Made by a program: the position numbers and the translations under genes. Below are positions 52,413-63,198 of a DNA stretch of 64,000 nucleotides, in pieces. The notes under the pieces were generated by a model. That model saw only the letters and a list, made by a program, of their open reading frames with translations. It did no database searches and was not told the DNA's origin. Numbering within the stretch: position 1 is the stretch's first letter; the number at the start of each line of letters is the position of its first letter. The DNA is from an uncultured Gemmatimonadaceae bacterium (GTDB lineage: Bacteria > Gemmatimonadota > Gemmatimonadetes > Gemmatimonadales > Gemmatimonadaceae): positions 192,001 through 256,000 of the forward strand of contig CAWAGQ010000011.1 in NCBI GenBank assembly GCA_963781585.1, given 5' to 3'.

Positions 52413-54827
52413 ATGTGGCTCGATCTGAAGTGTGTGGCCCGACGCCTTGGTCGACGTCGACTCTATTCTGCGATCTGTGTGGTCTGCATCGGCGTTGCGG
52501 TGGCGGCCTCCTGCGTGGCCTATTCGCTCCTTGACGCGACGCTTCTGGCCCCTCCAGCGGACGTGCGAGTGCCCGCGGAGCTGTTCCGCGCGACGGTCTC
52601 GGTAACCATCGGCACTACGCGCGCCGTGCCGCTTCCAGCCGTCTCTTTTCCGCAGTACGAAGCAATGCGTGCGAGCCTCCGCGGGCGTGCTTCCCTCGGT
52701 GCGTACATCACGCAGCCGGTGACCCTGGGCGATCCAGCGTCGGCCATCGTGGGCGGGGCATTCCTCACCTCGCACGAGATGCTCGAAATACTGGACCTGC
52801 GACCCACCTTCGGGCGCTCCCTCACTGCCCAGGACGATGCGCCCGCTGGCGAGCCGGTGGCCATGATCGGAGTCTCCTTCTGGAATCGCGAGTTCGGCAG
52901 GCGACCGGACATCGTGGGTCAAACGGTGCGGGTGAACGGGCATCCATTCACGATCGTCGGGGTTCTTCCGCCGCTCTTCGATGGACTGAACCGGCGCCGC
53001 ATCGATGTGGCGCTACCGCTGCGGGCCGTTGCGGCGGAGATGCTTGCAGATCCTCGTGCCCTCACCGACCGCCGGTATTTCTCATATTCGGTGGTCGGTC
53101 GTTCCAGTCACCTACCCGACGACCTGACCTGGTTGGCCTCGCAACTCACCGCCGCCTTCCGGCGTAACGCGGTCGACGGTCCGGAGCTCGACCCGCACGC
53201 GCTGCTACGCGTGACTCCCGTGATGCGGGAGGCCATTCCCCGTCTCGAACGCGTTTCGCAACTCAGCGTATGGGTAACAGCCCTGACCGCTGCGATGCTG
53301 CTGCTTGGCTGTTTCAACGTCGCCGGTCTGGTGGCCGCGGATACGATGGCTCGCCGGCAGGAGGTGTACATCCGTCGCGCGCTCGGGGCATCATCCCGGG
53401 CAATTCTTCGACTGCTTGTACTGGAAGCGTCCGTGCTCGGGATCATCGGCCTTGGTGCCGCGTTATTGCTGACCGCAGTGGCGCAACGGGCGATCTATCG
53501 GAGCGCGCTCGCGCATCTGCAGATGGACCCGCTGAGAGTCTCAGCAGGTCTCATCCTCTTCGCTCAACTCGTCGCCGGCGGTGTGATCGTCGTGGTGTCG
53601 ACCCTGGCCGCCATCACGGTGACACGGGCGTTGCGTGGCGAGACGAACCTGGCGATCGAGTTGCATCGGTTTCGGAGATTCCGGTTCGCGGAACGGCTGA
53701 TTCCATCGATTCAGGTCGGGCTGGCGGTGCTCCTCCTGATTGCAGCGAACCAGTTCATCGCGGTCATGGTTCGGGCCCGTCGCGCTGACCTCGGTCTCGA
53801 CGTGGAGCATCTCGTGAGTGTTGATATTCCGGGAAGCACACCGGGGCTCGCCGACCGGTTGCGGGAGGAACTGGCCGGCGAAGCCGGCGTTCGCGGAACG
53901 GCGGTGCTCTCCGCGGTTCCGTTCGGGCGGCGGATGATCGATGTGGTCCAGGTCGATCCGCCCGGACGCGCCCCCGCGTCGATCGAGTCCGCGGCGAGTG
54001 TGGTAGGCGTCACGGCGGGATTCGAGCAGGTTCTGGGACTGTCGGTTGTGCGTGGACGTCCCCTGCTGAGCAGTGATGGTAGCGAGTCCCCCAACGTGGC
54101 GGTGGTGAGCAGAAGGATGGCAGAGATCTACTGGCCCGGGACGGACCCGATTGGCGAGTGCCTTCGCCTGGGCGGCCCGACCCAGCCGTGCGTCCGCGTG
54201 GTCGGGATCGTCTCCGACTATCGGACTGACCTCTTCGAGCCGGCGGCGCCACAGTTCTATATCCCGCTCGATCAGACGAATCGAGCATCGGGAAGGGCAG
54301 TTCTCGTACGGACGGTGGCGGGCGGCCGATCGATGAAGGGGATGGTCGCGCAGGCGTTTTCACGCATTGCCCCGTCCAGTGGCTCGCCCCGAGTCGAGGC
54401 GATTGGTGAGTCCTTTGACCGGGTGTTGGCACCGTGGGGTGTCGCATCGTGGACGCTTGTCGCGTTGGCAGGGGTTGCATTGTTGATCGCCCTGCTGGGG
54501 GAGTTGGCGTCGACGAGATTGGAACTTCAGAGAGAACGTACCAACATCGCGGTTCGTGCGGCTCTTGGCGGCTCGTCGCGGCAGGTGATGCGAGAGTTGA
54601 TGACGAACCAGTTGGTTCCATTCCTACTCGGCACGACCGCGGGCGTGGTGACCTTCATCCTCGTCCGGAATCTGTTGGCGAAACTGACTACGCTGCGCGT
54701 TCCCGTCGCCCCGCTTGGCATCGTGCTCGCCGTTCTGGTTTTCGTGCTGGGATCGTCAGCGGGGAGAATCGTGCCGATTCGTCGTGAGCTTCGCCGTCCC
54801 CTGCGCGAACTACTGGAGGCGAGCTGA
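52413..54827 (+). CDS. Divergent duplicated ABC transporter permease (MacB/FtsX-like)
   Basis: 'LGCFNVAGL', 'RRALGAS', 'GRSLTAQDD', 'VRAALGG'; AAGGAG RBS. Confidence 0.85.
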   Translation: MWLDLKCVARRLGRRRLYSAICVVCIGVAVAASCVAYSLLDATLLAPPADVRVPAELFRATVSVTIGTTRAVPLPAVSFPQYEAMRASLRGRASLGAYITQPVTLGDPASAIVGGAFLTSHEMLEILDLRPTFGRSLTAQDDAPAGEPVAMIGVSFWNREFGRRPDIVGQTVRVNGHPFTIVGVLPPLFDGLNRRRIDVALPLRAVAAEMLADPRALTDRRYFSYSVVGRSSHLPDDLTWLASQLTAAFRRNAVDGPELDPHALLRVTPVMREAIPRLERVSQLSVWVTALTAAMLLLGCFNVAGLVAADTMARRQEVYIRRALGASSRAILRLLVLEASVLGIIGLGAALLLTAVAQRAIYRSALAHLQMDPLRVSAGLILFAQLVAGGVIVVVSTLAAITVTRALRGETNLAIELHRFRRFRFAERLIPSIQVGLAVLLLIAANQFIAVMVRARRADLGLDVEHLVSVDIPGSTPGLADRLREELAGEAGVRGTAVLSAVPFGRRMIDVVQVDPPGRAPASIESAASVVGVTAGFEQVLGLSVVRGRPLLSSDGSESPNVAVVSRRMAEIYWPGTDPIGECLRLGGPTQPCVRVVGIVSDYRTDLFEPAAPQFYIPLDQTNRASGRAVLVRTVAGGRSMKGMVAQAFSRIAPSSGSPRVEAIGESFDRVLAPWGVASWTLVALAGVALLIALLGELASTRLELQRERTNIAVRAALGGSSRQVMRELMTNQLVPFLLGTTAGVVTFILVRNLLAKLTTLRVPVAPLGIVLAVLVFVLGSSAGRIVPIRRELRRPLRELLEAS

Positions 54828-55047
54828 TGCGGCTTCGATTGCTACTCTTCGTCAGCTGGCTCTCGTCGTCATGGACGGTGCCGGTTCCGGGTCAAGCGTC
54901 AGGGGGCATAGGTGCGGTGATTCACGCAGACATCGTGGTCACCGCAGAGGCGGACAGTGACTCCGGAGCCAGGCGATGCGGCTCACTCCAGAGTCTCTAT
55001 CGGTGACGGAAGGCCAATGATACGCGGCCATTTTTCAGCGGACGAAG

Positions 55048-55908
55048 ATGCTACGCGACGACACAATTCTGCTCCGGGACGGACGGACGCTGGCGTACTC
55101 CGCGTGGGGTGATCCACGCGGGCAACCCGTTCTACGGATGCATGGAACGCCGGGATCGCGATTTGGCAGGAATCCGGATGCCGGACTCTATGCGCGTGTC
55201 CCCGTGCACGTGGTGACATTCGATCGCCCGGGCTACGGCGGGTCATCGACACATCGCGACCGCACGATCGTGTCCGTTGCCGAGGACGCGCTGGAACTCG
55301 TTGACGCGCTCGGGTGGGCGAAGTTCAGCGTGTTGGGCGGCAGCGGCGGAGTCCCTCACGCGCTCGCGCTGGCCCGGCGCGCTCCCGAGCGGATTATCAG
55401 CCTTGGTCTGGTTGGCGGCACGGCGCCCAAGGAGTTCATCGATGACGCGGATCTGATGGAATTGAATCGGGAGGGATGGCGGCGGGCGCGACAAGGTCGG
55501 ATGAGTCTCGAAGCATTCATGGCGGAGCCGGCGAAACAAATCATGGCGGACCCGGTCGGAATGATCGCGGCGTCGATGAGGGACGCCTCGGCCATTGATC
55601 GCCGCATGCTCGAGCGACCCGAGGTCCAGGCCGCGCTGGTCGAGCAGCTTCGCGAGGGATTCCGGCAGGGACCAACAGGATGGTTCGACGACGCATGGGT
55701 GCTCATGCAGCCGTGGGGATTCGACCTCGACGAGGTACGCGTACCGGTCTGGATGTGGCACGGCGAGCTGGACCGCAATTGTTCAGTGTCATCCGGTCGC
55801 AGGATGGCGGAGCACCTTCGCGTTCAGTCGTTCACGGTATTTCCCGGGCAGGGCCATCTCTGCATGATCACTGAGGAGGAAACCATGCTGAGAACGTTGG
55901 TCGCGTAG
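55048..55908 (+). CDS. Alpha/beta hydrolase
   Basis: 'HGTPGSR', 'DRPGYGGS', GGSGG nucleophile elbow, 'WHGELD', 'GH'. Confidence 0.9.
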   Translation: MLRDDTILLRDGRTLAYSAWGDPRGQPVLRMHGTPGSRFGRNPDAGLYARVPVHVVTFDRPGYGGSSTHRDRTIVSVAEDALELVDALGWAKFSVLGGSGGVPHALALARRAPERIISLGLVGGTAPKEFIDDADLMELNREGWRRARQGRMSLEAFMAEPAKQIMADPVGMIAASMRDASAIDRRMLERPEVQAALVEQLREGFRQGPTGWFDDAWVLMQPWGFDLDEVRVPVWMWHGELDRNCSVSSGRRMAEHLRVQSFTVFPGQGHLCMITEEETMLRTLVA

Positions 55909-55954
55909 CCGATCGTGACTGGGTCAGGGGAGATTCAGGGGGCACGGACGAATC

Positions 55955-56192
55955 GTGCCTTCTTCTTCTCACGGTAGGTTCAGTGTGCAGCACGACAGAG
56001 CGCATCGGCGCGGTACGGCGCGCCTGACGGCACCGAGCAAGCTTCTTCGAGCGGGAGTGACGGCCGGCTGTTGCGCAGCGTCGTTGGTGTTGTCGTCGCC
56101 GCTTACGCTCGCCGCCCAGGAGACTCGGCCTCATGCCCGCCCGGACTCCACCGCTCCGGCCGACTCGATCTGGCGTGGCCGCCTGATCGGGA
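55955..56192 (+). pseudogene. 5'-only remnant of a secreted carboxypeptidase-regulatory-like gene
   Basis: Signal-like segment, then 'WRGRLIG' (cf. 'LGRVIGVFD' in 57530-58369); breaks off at the convergent PIN gene. Confidence 0.4.
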
Positions 56193-56207
56193 TCCCGCGT
56201 CCCTCCG

Positions 56208-56570
56208 TCAGGGAGCAGTCGTCCTCGCCGACCGGACACGCACGCGCGTCCGCTCCACCGTCACGAGCGCGCCCGCCTCCAACTCAGCGCCGTACTGTGC
56301 CAGCGCGCTCACACAAATGGCACCCTGCTCCTGGGCCCGGAAACCGACAATCCGCACGATTCCGGTATGGGGGATACCGCGGACGATCGTCAGTTCGCCG
56401 AAATCCTTGTCGAGGGTCAGGACGACTGCCGACTCACGCACGGCGTGTGCAAGAACCTCTTCGTCGCCCGGGTCAGCCGGCCAGTCTCCCACGCAGTCGA
56501 CTTCGTGACCAGCGCCAACGAGTACTTCCCGCGCACCGGACCACATGCAACTGTCGAGCAGGAGCCTCAC
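56208..56570 (-). CDS. DUF5615 PIN-like toxin (VapC45-like)
   Basis: 'MRLLLDSC', 'DEEVL', 'VLTLDKDFG', 'H.GIV'. Confidence 0.88.
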   Translation of the reverse strand: MRLLLDSCMWSGAREVLVGAGHEVDCVGDWPADPGDEEVLAHAVRESAVVLTLDKDFGELTIVRGIPHTGIVRIVGFRAQEQGAICVSALAQYGAELEAGALVTVERTRVRVRSARTTAP

Positions 56571-56827
56571 GCCGCGGAATCGATGAGCGGCGGTTCCACC
56601 CGTTCGTGGGCGACCAGGCGGTGCGCGTAGCTCAGGCAGGCACGGATGTCATCCTGCTCCAGCCAGGCATAGCCGGCAAGAATCGTCTCCGGTGTGTCAC
56701 CCGCTGCCAGCATGCCGAGGACGTGCTCAACAGCCAAGCGGCGGCCCCGAATGATCGGCTTGCCACCAAAGATCCTCGGATTGACGGTGATCCGGAGAAG
56801 AAGCCCGTCTTCGTCTTGATCGGTCAC
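56567..56827 (-). CDS. DUF433 antitoxin
   Basis: 'RITVNP.IFGGKPIIRGRRL.V', 'LEQDDIRACL.YA'; overlaps the toxin start. Confidence 0.9.
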   Translation of the reverse strand: MTDQDEDGLLLRITVNPRIFGGKPIIRGRRLAVEHVLGMLAAGDTPETILAGYAWLEQDDIRACLSYAHRLVAHERVEPPLIDSAA

Positions 56828-56953
56828 TGCTGTCCTCCCTGGCGCGTGATCCAGCCGCCCCTCTCGGGAAAGGTCGATGGTCGGGCGATTGGTTGCAAGC
56901 CCGGACGCGCGCCGCCGATAACCGCACCGACGGCCGTGTCGCTCAGGGCGCCC

Positions 56954-57487
56954 TCACGGCTTCAGCGGCGGCGCCGGCGGCACATCGTCCCAGTTGATGA
57001 TCGCGTTGAACACCATGTTGAACTCTCCATGGTTCTGCCACCGGTAAATCGGATGGTTCGCGAACAGCAGCACGCGCCCCTTCCCGTTATGCGCCTGCGG
57101 CACGTCGACCACAAACGCCCGCCCCTTGATGTTGTCGGGTTCGCCTTTCCTGCCGGCGTATCCGACGTACTTGCCGTGTTCGTCGTAATGCCGGACTGTC
57201 AGCGAGCCGTCATTCGCCACCGCCAGTCGCCCGTCAGTGAGCCGTACGACGCCGTTTACCCGCAGCAACTCATAGAGCGAGTCGCCGACCAGGCCAGGAT
57301 CCAGCGCACTACCGATTTGCAGGATTGGCGTTGGCGACAGTCGCCAGGCGCGAGCACCGCTCATGGCCGGCTGCGCATTCTCGACAACGCGAACCCCAGC
57401 GCTGTCTCGCGAGGTTTGCGCCAGGGTCCCGGGCGAGACGATCAAGAATCCGCCCAGTATCAGGGCACAGAGTCTGACGCCGTGCAT
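56954..57487 (-). CDS. Chimeric ORF: beta-propeller N-terminus fused to a copy of the M14 peptidase C-terminus
   Basis: 'DSAGVRVVEN...WRLS..P.LQIG...RLTDGRLAVA', then the last about 60 aa match 59993-60177. Confidence 0.75.
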   Translation of the reverse strand: MHGVRLCALILGGFLIVSPGTLAQTSRDSAGVRVVENAQPAMSGARAWRLSPTPILQIGSALDPGLVGDSLYELLRVNGVVRLTDGRLAVANDGSLTVRHYDEHGKYVGYAGRKGEPDNIKGRAFVVDVPQAHNGKGRVLLFANHPIYRWQNHGEFNMVFNAIINWDDVPPAPPLKP

Positions 57488-57529
57488 CTCAACGACCCGT
57501 TTGTCATGGTGGCTTGCGACCTCCGAGCA

Positions 57530-58369
57530 CTACCGCGTCCAGACCAGCGTCGCGCCACACAACCGGCCCCGACGCGTTGGATTGTATTGAGCGGGAACCT
57601 CCGAGACCCGGTACATCTCTACCGCTAGGACCTCCCTGGGAAGGAAGAGCACGTCCAGTCCGTTCCGATACGGCTGCGACACCTCCGCGCGCTTCTGCGA
57701 CTGTCCCGGAAAGGGCGCCAGGAGGTCCGGGACATCGACCTTGATGCCGTTGATGTACAGATTGGTGGTGCACACTTCCCGGCCGGTGAGCGTAATCAGG
57801 TCCTTCAACAGAGAGAGCTTCTCGATCCTCTCGCTCGTCACGAATGCGCGCGCCGGCGCACCGGTCGTCATCTGCCGTTCATAAAAACCGTTCAGCTGCA
57901 GCGCACGAATGGTATCGCCCGGGTGTCGAGGTGTGGTTGCACGCGTGAGAACCGTGGGTAGCGTCTGGGTCTGGCGCTTGAGCAGTATGGTGATTGGAAC
58001 GGTGTCCCGACTGGAATTGGCCGCGTAGAACATCTGGGGGGCGTACCCGATCTTCCGGACCTGGATCAGCGAACCGAGCGTATCCACGAACGACAAGGCG
58101 ATCAGCCCGGCCCTGTTGGTTGTCGCCGATCTCCTGGTACGCATGTCGGTCACCTGCGCCTCATCGACGGGTTCACCGCTCTCGAAGTCGAAGACGCCGA
58201 TGACGCGACCGAGACGTGGTTGCTGCGGCGGCACCGCGAGGAGACTGCTCTGCGCGAAAGCGGGAAATGGAGCGAGGGCGTGTGCCAGACCGCACGCGAC
58301 AAGAAGCACTACAGGCACCACCGAGCGAACGGTTCGCATCGATCCCGGAGGCGTCAGTTCTTCAGCCAT
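57530..58369 (-). CDS. Secreted carboxypeptidase-regulatory-like protein with plug-like C-terminus
   Basis: 'GVFDFESGEPV', 'VRKIGYAP', 'GFYER', 'VLAVEMY...VPAQY...CGATLVWTR'. Confidence 0.75.
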   Translation of the reverse strand: MAEELTPPGSMRTVRSVVPVVLLVACGLAHALAPFPAFAQSSLLAVPPQQPRLGRVIGVFDFESGEPVDEAQVTDMRTRRSATTNRAGLIALSFVDTLGSLIQVRKIGYAPQMFYAANSSRDTVPITILLKRQTQTLPTVLTRATTPRHPGDTIRALQLNGFYERQMTTGAPARAFVTSERIEKLSLLKDLITLTGREVCTTNLYINGIKVDVPDLLAPFPGQSQKRAEVSQPYRNGLDVLFLPREVLAVEMYRVSEVPAQYNPTRRGRLCGATLVWTR

Positions 58370-59001
58370 ACCACGACGGAGCCGATCATGAGTCGCGGAT
58401 TGACCTCCCGGATCGGCGGGGCGATGTTGTGCGCCGTCTGCGCCTGCGCGTCACGACGGGGTTGCGGCAGCTCGTCGGTGGGCGACGCGTTCGCCCGGAA
58501 CTGTCCGCAGGGCGGCTGGCCCGAGACTGGGCGAACGTCGCCCCGTCTGTTCTTCAGGCTGCGATCCTGCGGCGTGTTCAAGCCATAGATCTCGATTACC
58601 ACCATATCATCCACGCTGATCGCGTCGAGCGACCACCCGTGCGGCATCTCGTGTCCATTTACCCAGATGCAGGGATACGCCTTATCCATGGGGTTGCTGA
58701 GCGCCGCCGGATGGAACCGCAGGTCCTTGATGATCAGGGAGCGCGCGTGAAGCATCGTCGTCAGGATGCTGGCCCTTGGATTCGACCCCAGTTCACTCGG
58801 TGGCACCAGGACGCTGGCGTAGCCGTCGGCGTGCACTCGCGAATCGAAGTCCTCCCACAATTTGTCCTGACGATGCGACTGGTGCGCTGAGCGCTCGAGC
58901 CGAGTGCGCAGATATTGCGGGAGCTTCTCGTACTGGTCGCTCCGAAGCAACGACACTACCGCCGGCAATGCTCGCGCCACCGCTGCCTCCGTGACCAGCA
59001 T
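58354..59001 (-). pseudogene. 3' part of a protein homologous to 32581-33718, probably 5'-truncated
   Basis: 'FDSR', 'CIWVNG', 'IEIYG', 'VVVWLKN' align by eye with the C-terminus of 32581-33718; no signal peptide. Confidence 0.55.
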
Positions 59002-59229
59002 TCGCCGCGGCTACCTCACCCACCGTCCCGCGACGGTTTCATGACCTCAGGCCTGGAATCAGAGAAGTTGGGCGCTTCGTGAATACGCGTCAACGCGCCA
59101 TCGCGGAACCGTTGGTGGCCTTCCTCACCCCCGGGGTAGACGACGGTCCCGGGCGAAAGGCGTTGGCGGGGTGCAGGCGCCTTCCACCCAGGCCTTGCCC
59201 GTTAATGCCATAGATAGCATATTCCCTCT

Positions 59230-59589
59230 ATGGCATGGGAGGTGGAATACACGAACGAGTTCGGGTTGTGGTGGACCATCCTTACGGCCGACGAACAAGA
59301 ATCGGTCAGCGCGGCAGTTGGACTGATCGAGTCGCTCGGCCCCCATATCCCGTTCCCATACGGCTCGGGGGTGGAAGGGTCTCGCCATGGACGAATGCGG
59401 GAGTTGCGAGTGCAGGATGAGGGGCGGCCCTACCGTGTGTTCCATGCATTTGATCCACGCCGCATGGCGATTCTGCTGATCGGTGGTGACAAGACCGGTG
59501 ACAAACTGTTCCATGAACGTATGGTGCCGATGGCTGACCGGCTGTACGACGAACACCTGGAGACTCTGCGAGGAGAGGGACCACTCTAA
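59230..59589 (+). CDS. RelE/ParE-superfamily (HigB-like) toxin
   Basis: 'MAWEVEYT.EF..W', 'GSRHGRMRELR', 'AFDPRR.AILLIGGDK'. Confidence 0.9.
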   Translation: MAWEVEYTNEFGLWWTILTADEQESVSAAVGLIESLGPHIPFPYGSGVEGSRHGRMRELRVQDEGRPYRVFHAFDPRRMAILLIGGDKTGDKLFHERMVPMADRLYDEHLETLRGEGPL

Positions 59590-59912
59590 TGGCAAACAAG
59601 TTCGGCGACTTGCGGAAGAAGATGGCGCCTGACCATCAGGCGCGCGCCGGGGCACGGACCAAAGCCATGCTGGACGGGATGGCATTGGCTGAACTCCGCC
59701 GCGCCCGTGAGCAGTCGCAGGAATCGCTGGCTGCGGCGATGAAGGTATCGCAGCCCGAAATCTCGAAGCTCGAGAAACGTGCAGACACCTACATCAGCAC
59801 GCTGCGCAAGTACATCGAAGCGTTAGGCGGATCGCTGGAGATTGTGGCGCATTTCCGGGAGGGCGACGTGCGGATTACGCAGTTTGGTGAGCTCGAGGAC
59901 GCGCACGCCTGA
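59589..59912 (+). CDS. XRE-family HTH antitoxin (HigA-like)
   Basis: 'LAELRRA...SQ..LA....VSQ..ISKLEKR.D..ISTLR.YIEALGG.L'. Confidence 0.9.
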   Translation: MANKFGDLRKKMAPDHQARAGARTKAMLDGMALAELRRAREQSQESLAAAMKVSQPEISKLEKRADTYISTLRKYIEALGGSLEIVAHFREGDVRITQFGELEDAHA

Positions 59913-59992
59913 CGGAACGGACGGCATCCATGGCAGAGTTTTTCAGCAGGCTGCTGCTCGTGCCACTCCAGACTGACTCCCCACAGTTTCAT

Positions 59993-62900
59993 TCACGGCT
60001 TCATCGGCGGCGCCGGCGGCACATCGTCCCAGTTGATGATCGCGTTGAACACCATGTTGAACTCCCCATGGTTCTGCCACCGGTAAATCGGATTGTTCGC
60101 GAACAGCAGCACGCGCCCCTTCCCGTTGTGCGCCTGCGGCACGTCGACCGCGAACGCCCGCCCCTTGATGTTGTCGGCGCCCACCATCAGCCCGCTCAGC
60201 ACCGACGCATCGCCGCCCACGTACTCGGCCAGCACGTTGGCCTGATCGGCCACCCCCACCCGGAAGACCTGCGACCCCTGCCCGTACTTGATCGGGAAGA
60301 TCTTGCTGGCATATCCATAGAACACCGGGTGCTCGGGACGCGTGATCTCCGCCTGGATGAGCGGCTTCTGCGCGTTCACCCCCTGCGGTGACTCGAGATC
60401 GATCGACCGGGCGAGGCCGAAGTCGATGGGATAGCGCACCGCCTGCAGCGTGGTGATGAGCGTGCCGCCGGCGTCGAGGAACTTGCTCGATCGCCTTCAC
60501 CCCGGCCTCACCGAACCCGCCGCTCATGTCGTCGGTGGATCCGTACATGCCGAGGAACTGGTACTTGTCGCTGTGCTGATAGGGCTGCGGCCGCGCGGCC
60601 GGCGACGCGAGCACCGCGGCGCGGTTGATGTTCTGCGCCGCCATCACGATCACGTCGTAGTCCTTCTCCAGATTCCCCTGGGCGACGCGTTCCTTGAAGA
60701 TCAGATCGTACGGGATGCCGAACTTGTCGAACGTGAACCGGTACCACCCCAGCTCCTGCGTCCCGCTCCACTGCGAGTAGATCGCCACCCTCGGCACGTC
60801 GGCATTGTGCGAGGGCACCGCCGGCACGGTCGACAGCGCCGCCGCGGTCAGGCCTAACGACTCGGCCGCCGAGCGCGCCGTCTGGAGATCGGCCGCGGAG
60901 CCGGTCACGATGAACGACCCGGCGCGGAAACGTGTCGTTCGCGGCCACGAACTGCTGCTCCGCAACCTGCATCGGGACGTTCTTCAGCCGGTAGCGGAAC
61001 GTGATCATGTTGTTCGACCCGTAGTGCGCCACCGCGAGACCGGCCGTACCGGATCCCGCCACCGTCCCGTGCACGACCACCGTGTCCACCGGCGTCACCT
61101 TCGCGTCGAGCACCGCCTTGTCGTCGATCTGCTTGACGTCGACGTTGAACGCGTACCCCATCGACCAGCCGCTGTCGTCGTACGTGGAGAGGTTGGGGTC
61201 GGGATAGTCCTGGCGCTCGAGGAAGTTCTTCGCGAGCCGGCCATACGGCTGGTTCAGCTTGATGACATACGACCCCGCCGGATAGGCGACGCTGTCGAGC
61301 GTGACCGGCCCGGTGAGTCGCCCGATCTCGATCCCCTGCGCGCGCAGGATGTTGAGCAGCGTCGCGACCCTGGTCATGTCGCGCTGCACGGGGAAGACGT
61401 AGCCGTAGGGCGCCCTGGTCTTGCCGTCGTTGATCGAGTTGCGGGTCTTCACGTAGAAGTTCTCGACCACCAGGTTCGGGAACATCGACGTGAGCTGGAG
61501 CGCCGAGAGCACTCCGGTCTCCATGTAGTTGGTATTGTTGCGGCGCGAGAAGGTCTGCACCGCGTTAGGCGGAATCGGGATGCCGCGATACCACTCGCGC
61601 GGCTGGCCGCCGCCGCGCCCCGTGGGGGCGCCGCCCCTTCCGCCGAACCCGCCACGCCCTCCGCCAGCGCCTCCACGTCCGAATGGCGTCTCGGCGGTCC
61701 CGCCCGCGGTGGAATCCGCGACGGCACCCCGGCCGCCGCGTCCGCCCCCGCCCCCGCCCCCGGCCCCGCCCCCGCCGGCTCTGCCTCCACGACCACCACG
61801 ACCGCCACCAGCCCGGCCGCCACCGCCCGCCGCTGTCGTGTCAGTCGCGCCGCGGCCACCCCGGCCACCCCGGCCACCCCCCGCACCGCGACCGCCGCTC
61901 GCGACCGTGGTGCCGCCCTCGGGCGCGTCAACGCCCGACTGCGTCTCGTACATCTTCATCATGCCGTTATGATTGTATGCCACCGAGCCGAGGTAGCCGG
62001 GCGACCAGCCGTCCATGAACGCGTGGGTGTACACGCCCGGCATCCCCCACTTGGTCATCTGCGCCAGCTCCCAGTTGGAAAAGAACGGTAGCTCGGCGAA
62101 GAGCAGCGGATCGAGATTGGGATTCTGCGGAGGCCCGCCGCTGTACGTGTACATCAGGGCCTGCGCCTCGTGCAGGTCGTGCATGATCGGCGGATGCGCC
62201 GTGAAGTACCAGTCGGTGATCGCGCGCATCGACATCTGCGAGAGGTTGATGTCGCGATTGTTGTCGTGATAGACGTACTTGCCCCAGTAGGGAAGTCCGC
62301 CGATCAGCCCGCCGCGACCACCGCCTCGTCCGCCTGCGCCAGCTCCACCGGCCCCGCGGCCACCACGTCCCGCGGCGGTGGTGTCGCGTCCCGCGGCCGC
62401 GGTATCGCGTCCCGCGGCGGTGGTGTCGCGTCCCGCGGCAGTGGTGTCGCGTCCCGCGGCGCTGTCGCGCGCCACCTGTGCCGCGACCTCGAGGCCGCGA
62501 TAGAACCAGTCCACATTACGGTCGCGCCCGTCAGGCTCGGCGGCCGGCGTGACCGAGACGTAGACGTTGTCGCGGATCTGGGTGATGAGGGGTGACGTCT
62601 CCGTCGCGAGCCGGTAGACCAGCTCCATCAGCATCTCCGACGGCCCCGTCTCGCCGCTGTGCAATCCACCGATGAGGTGATAGTGCGGCTTGGTGGTGGC
62701 GATCAGCTCGCGAATCTGCGCGTCGGAAAGCCCGCGCGGGTCGGCGATCTTCGCGAGGTTGGCGCGATTGTGGGCGAGATTCCGGATGTTCTCTTCCGAC
62801 GAGACCCAGACGACGACGAGCTCGCGTCCCTCATCGGAGCGGCCAATGGTCTCGACCTTGACGCGCGGCGTCGCCTTCTCGAGGGCGCGGTAGTACTTCA

Positions 62901-63198
62901 GGATGTCGGCGTAGTAGGTGAGCTTGCGCGGCGCGCCGATGTAGTAGCCGAGGATGTCCTTCGGCGTGGGGATGCCGGCGACCTTCGGGAGATGGTCCAC
63001 CAGCGGGCTGCCGTATCGCGGCTCGGTGGTCCACGCGGCGTAGTCCTTTGCGAACTGCGCGTCCTGCGTCTGCTTCGGATCGCGCGTCTCGGTCACCATC
63101 TGCTGCGCGGGGAGCGCAGAGGCGGCGGCGAGGAAGAAGAGCGAGGCGCCGTGTACGAGCTTCACCGAGCGGCGTGGGATCATTCGTCCGACATTCAT
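59993..63198 (-). CDS. Secreted M14-family zinc carboxypeptidase with Gly/Arg-rich inserts; two +1 frameshifts (about 60925 and 60485)
   Basis: 'IGRSDEGR', 'HSGE', 'PDG', 'DNNRD', 'HDLHE'; frames 60508-63198, 59943-60965 and 59993-60439 join by removing one C at each junction; AAGGAG RBS. Confidence 0.85.
62366..62469 (-). repeat. 21-nt coding tandem repeat (RDTTAAG, about 5 units)
   Basis: GGTGTCGCGTCCCGCGGCG-like units read directly. Confidence 0.85.
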
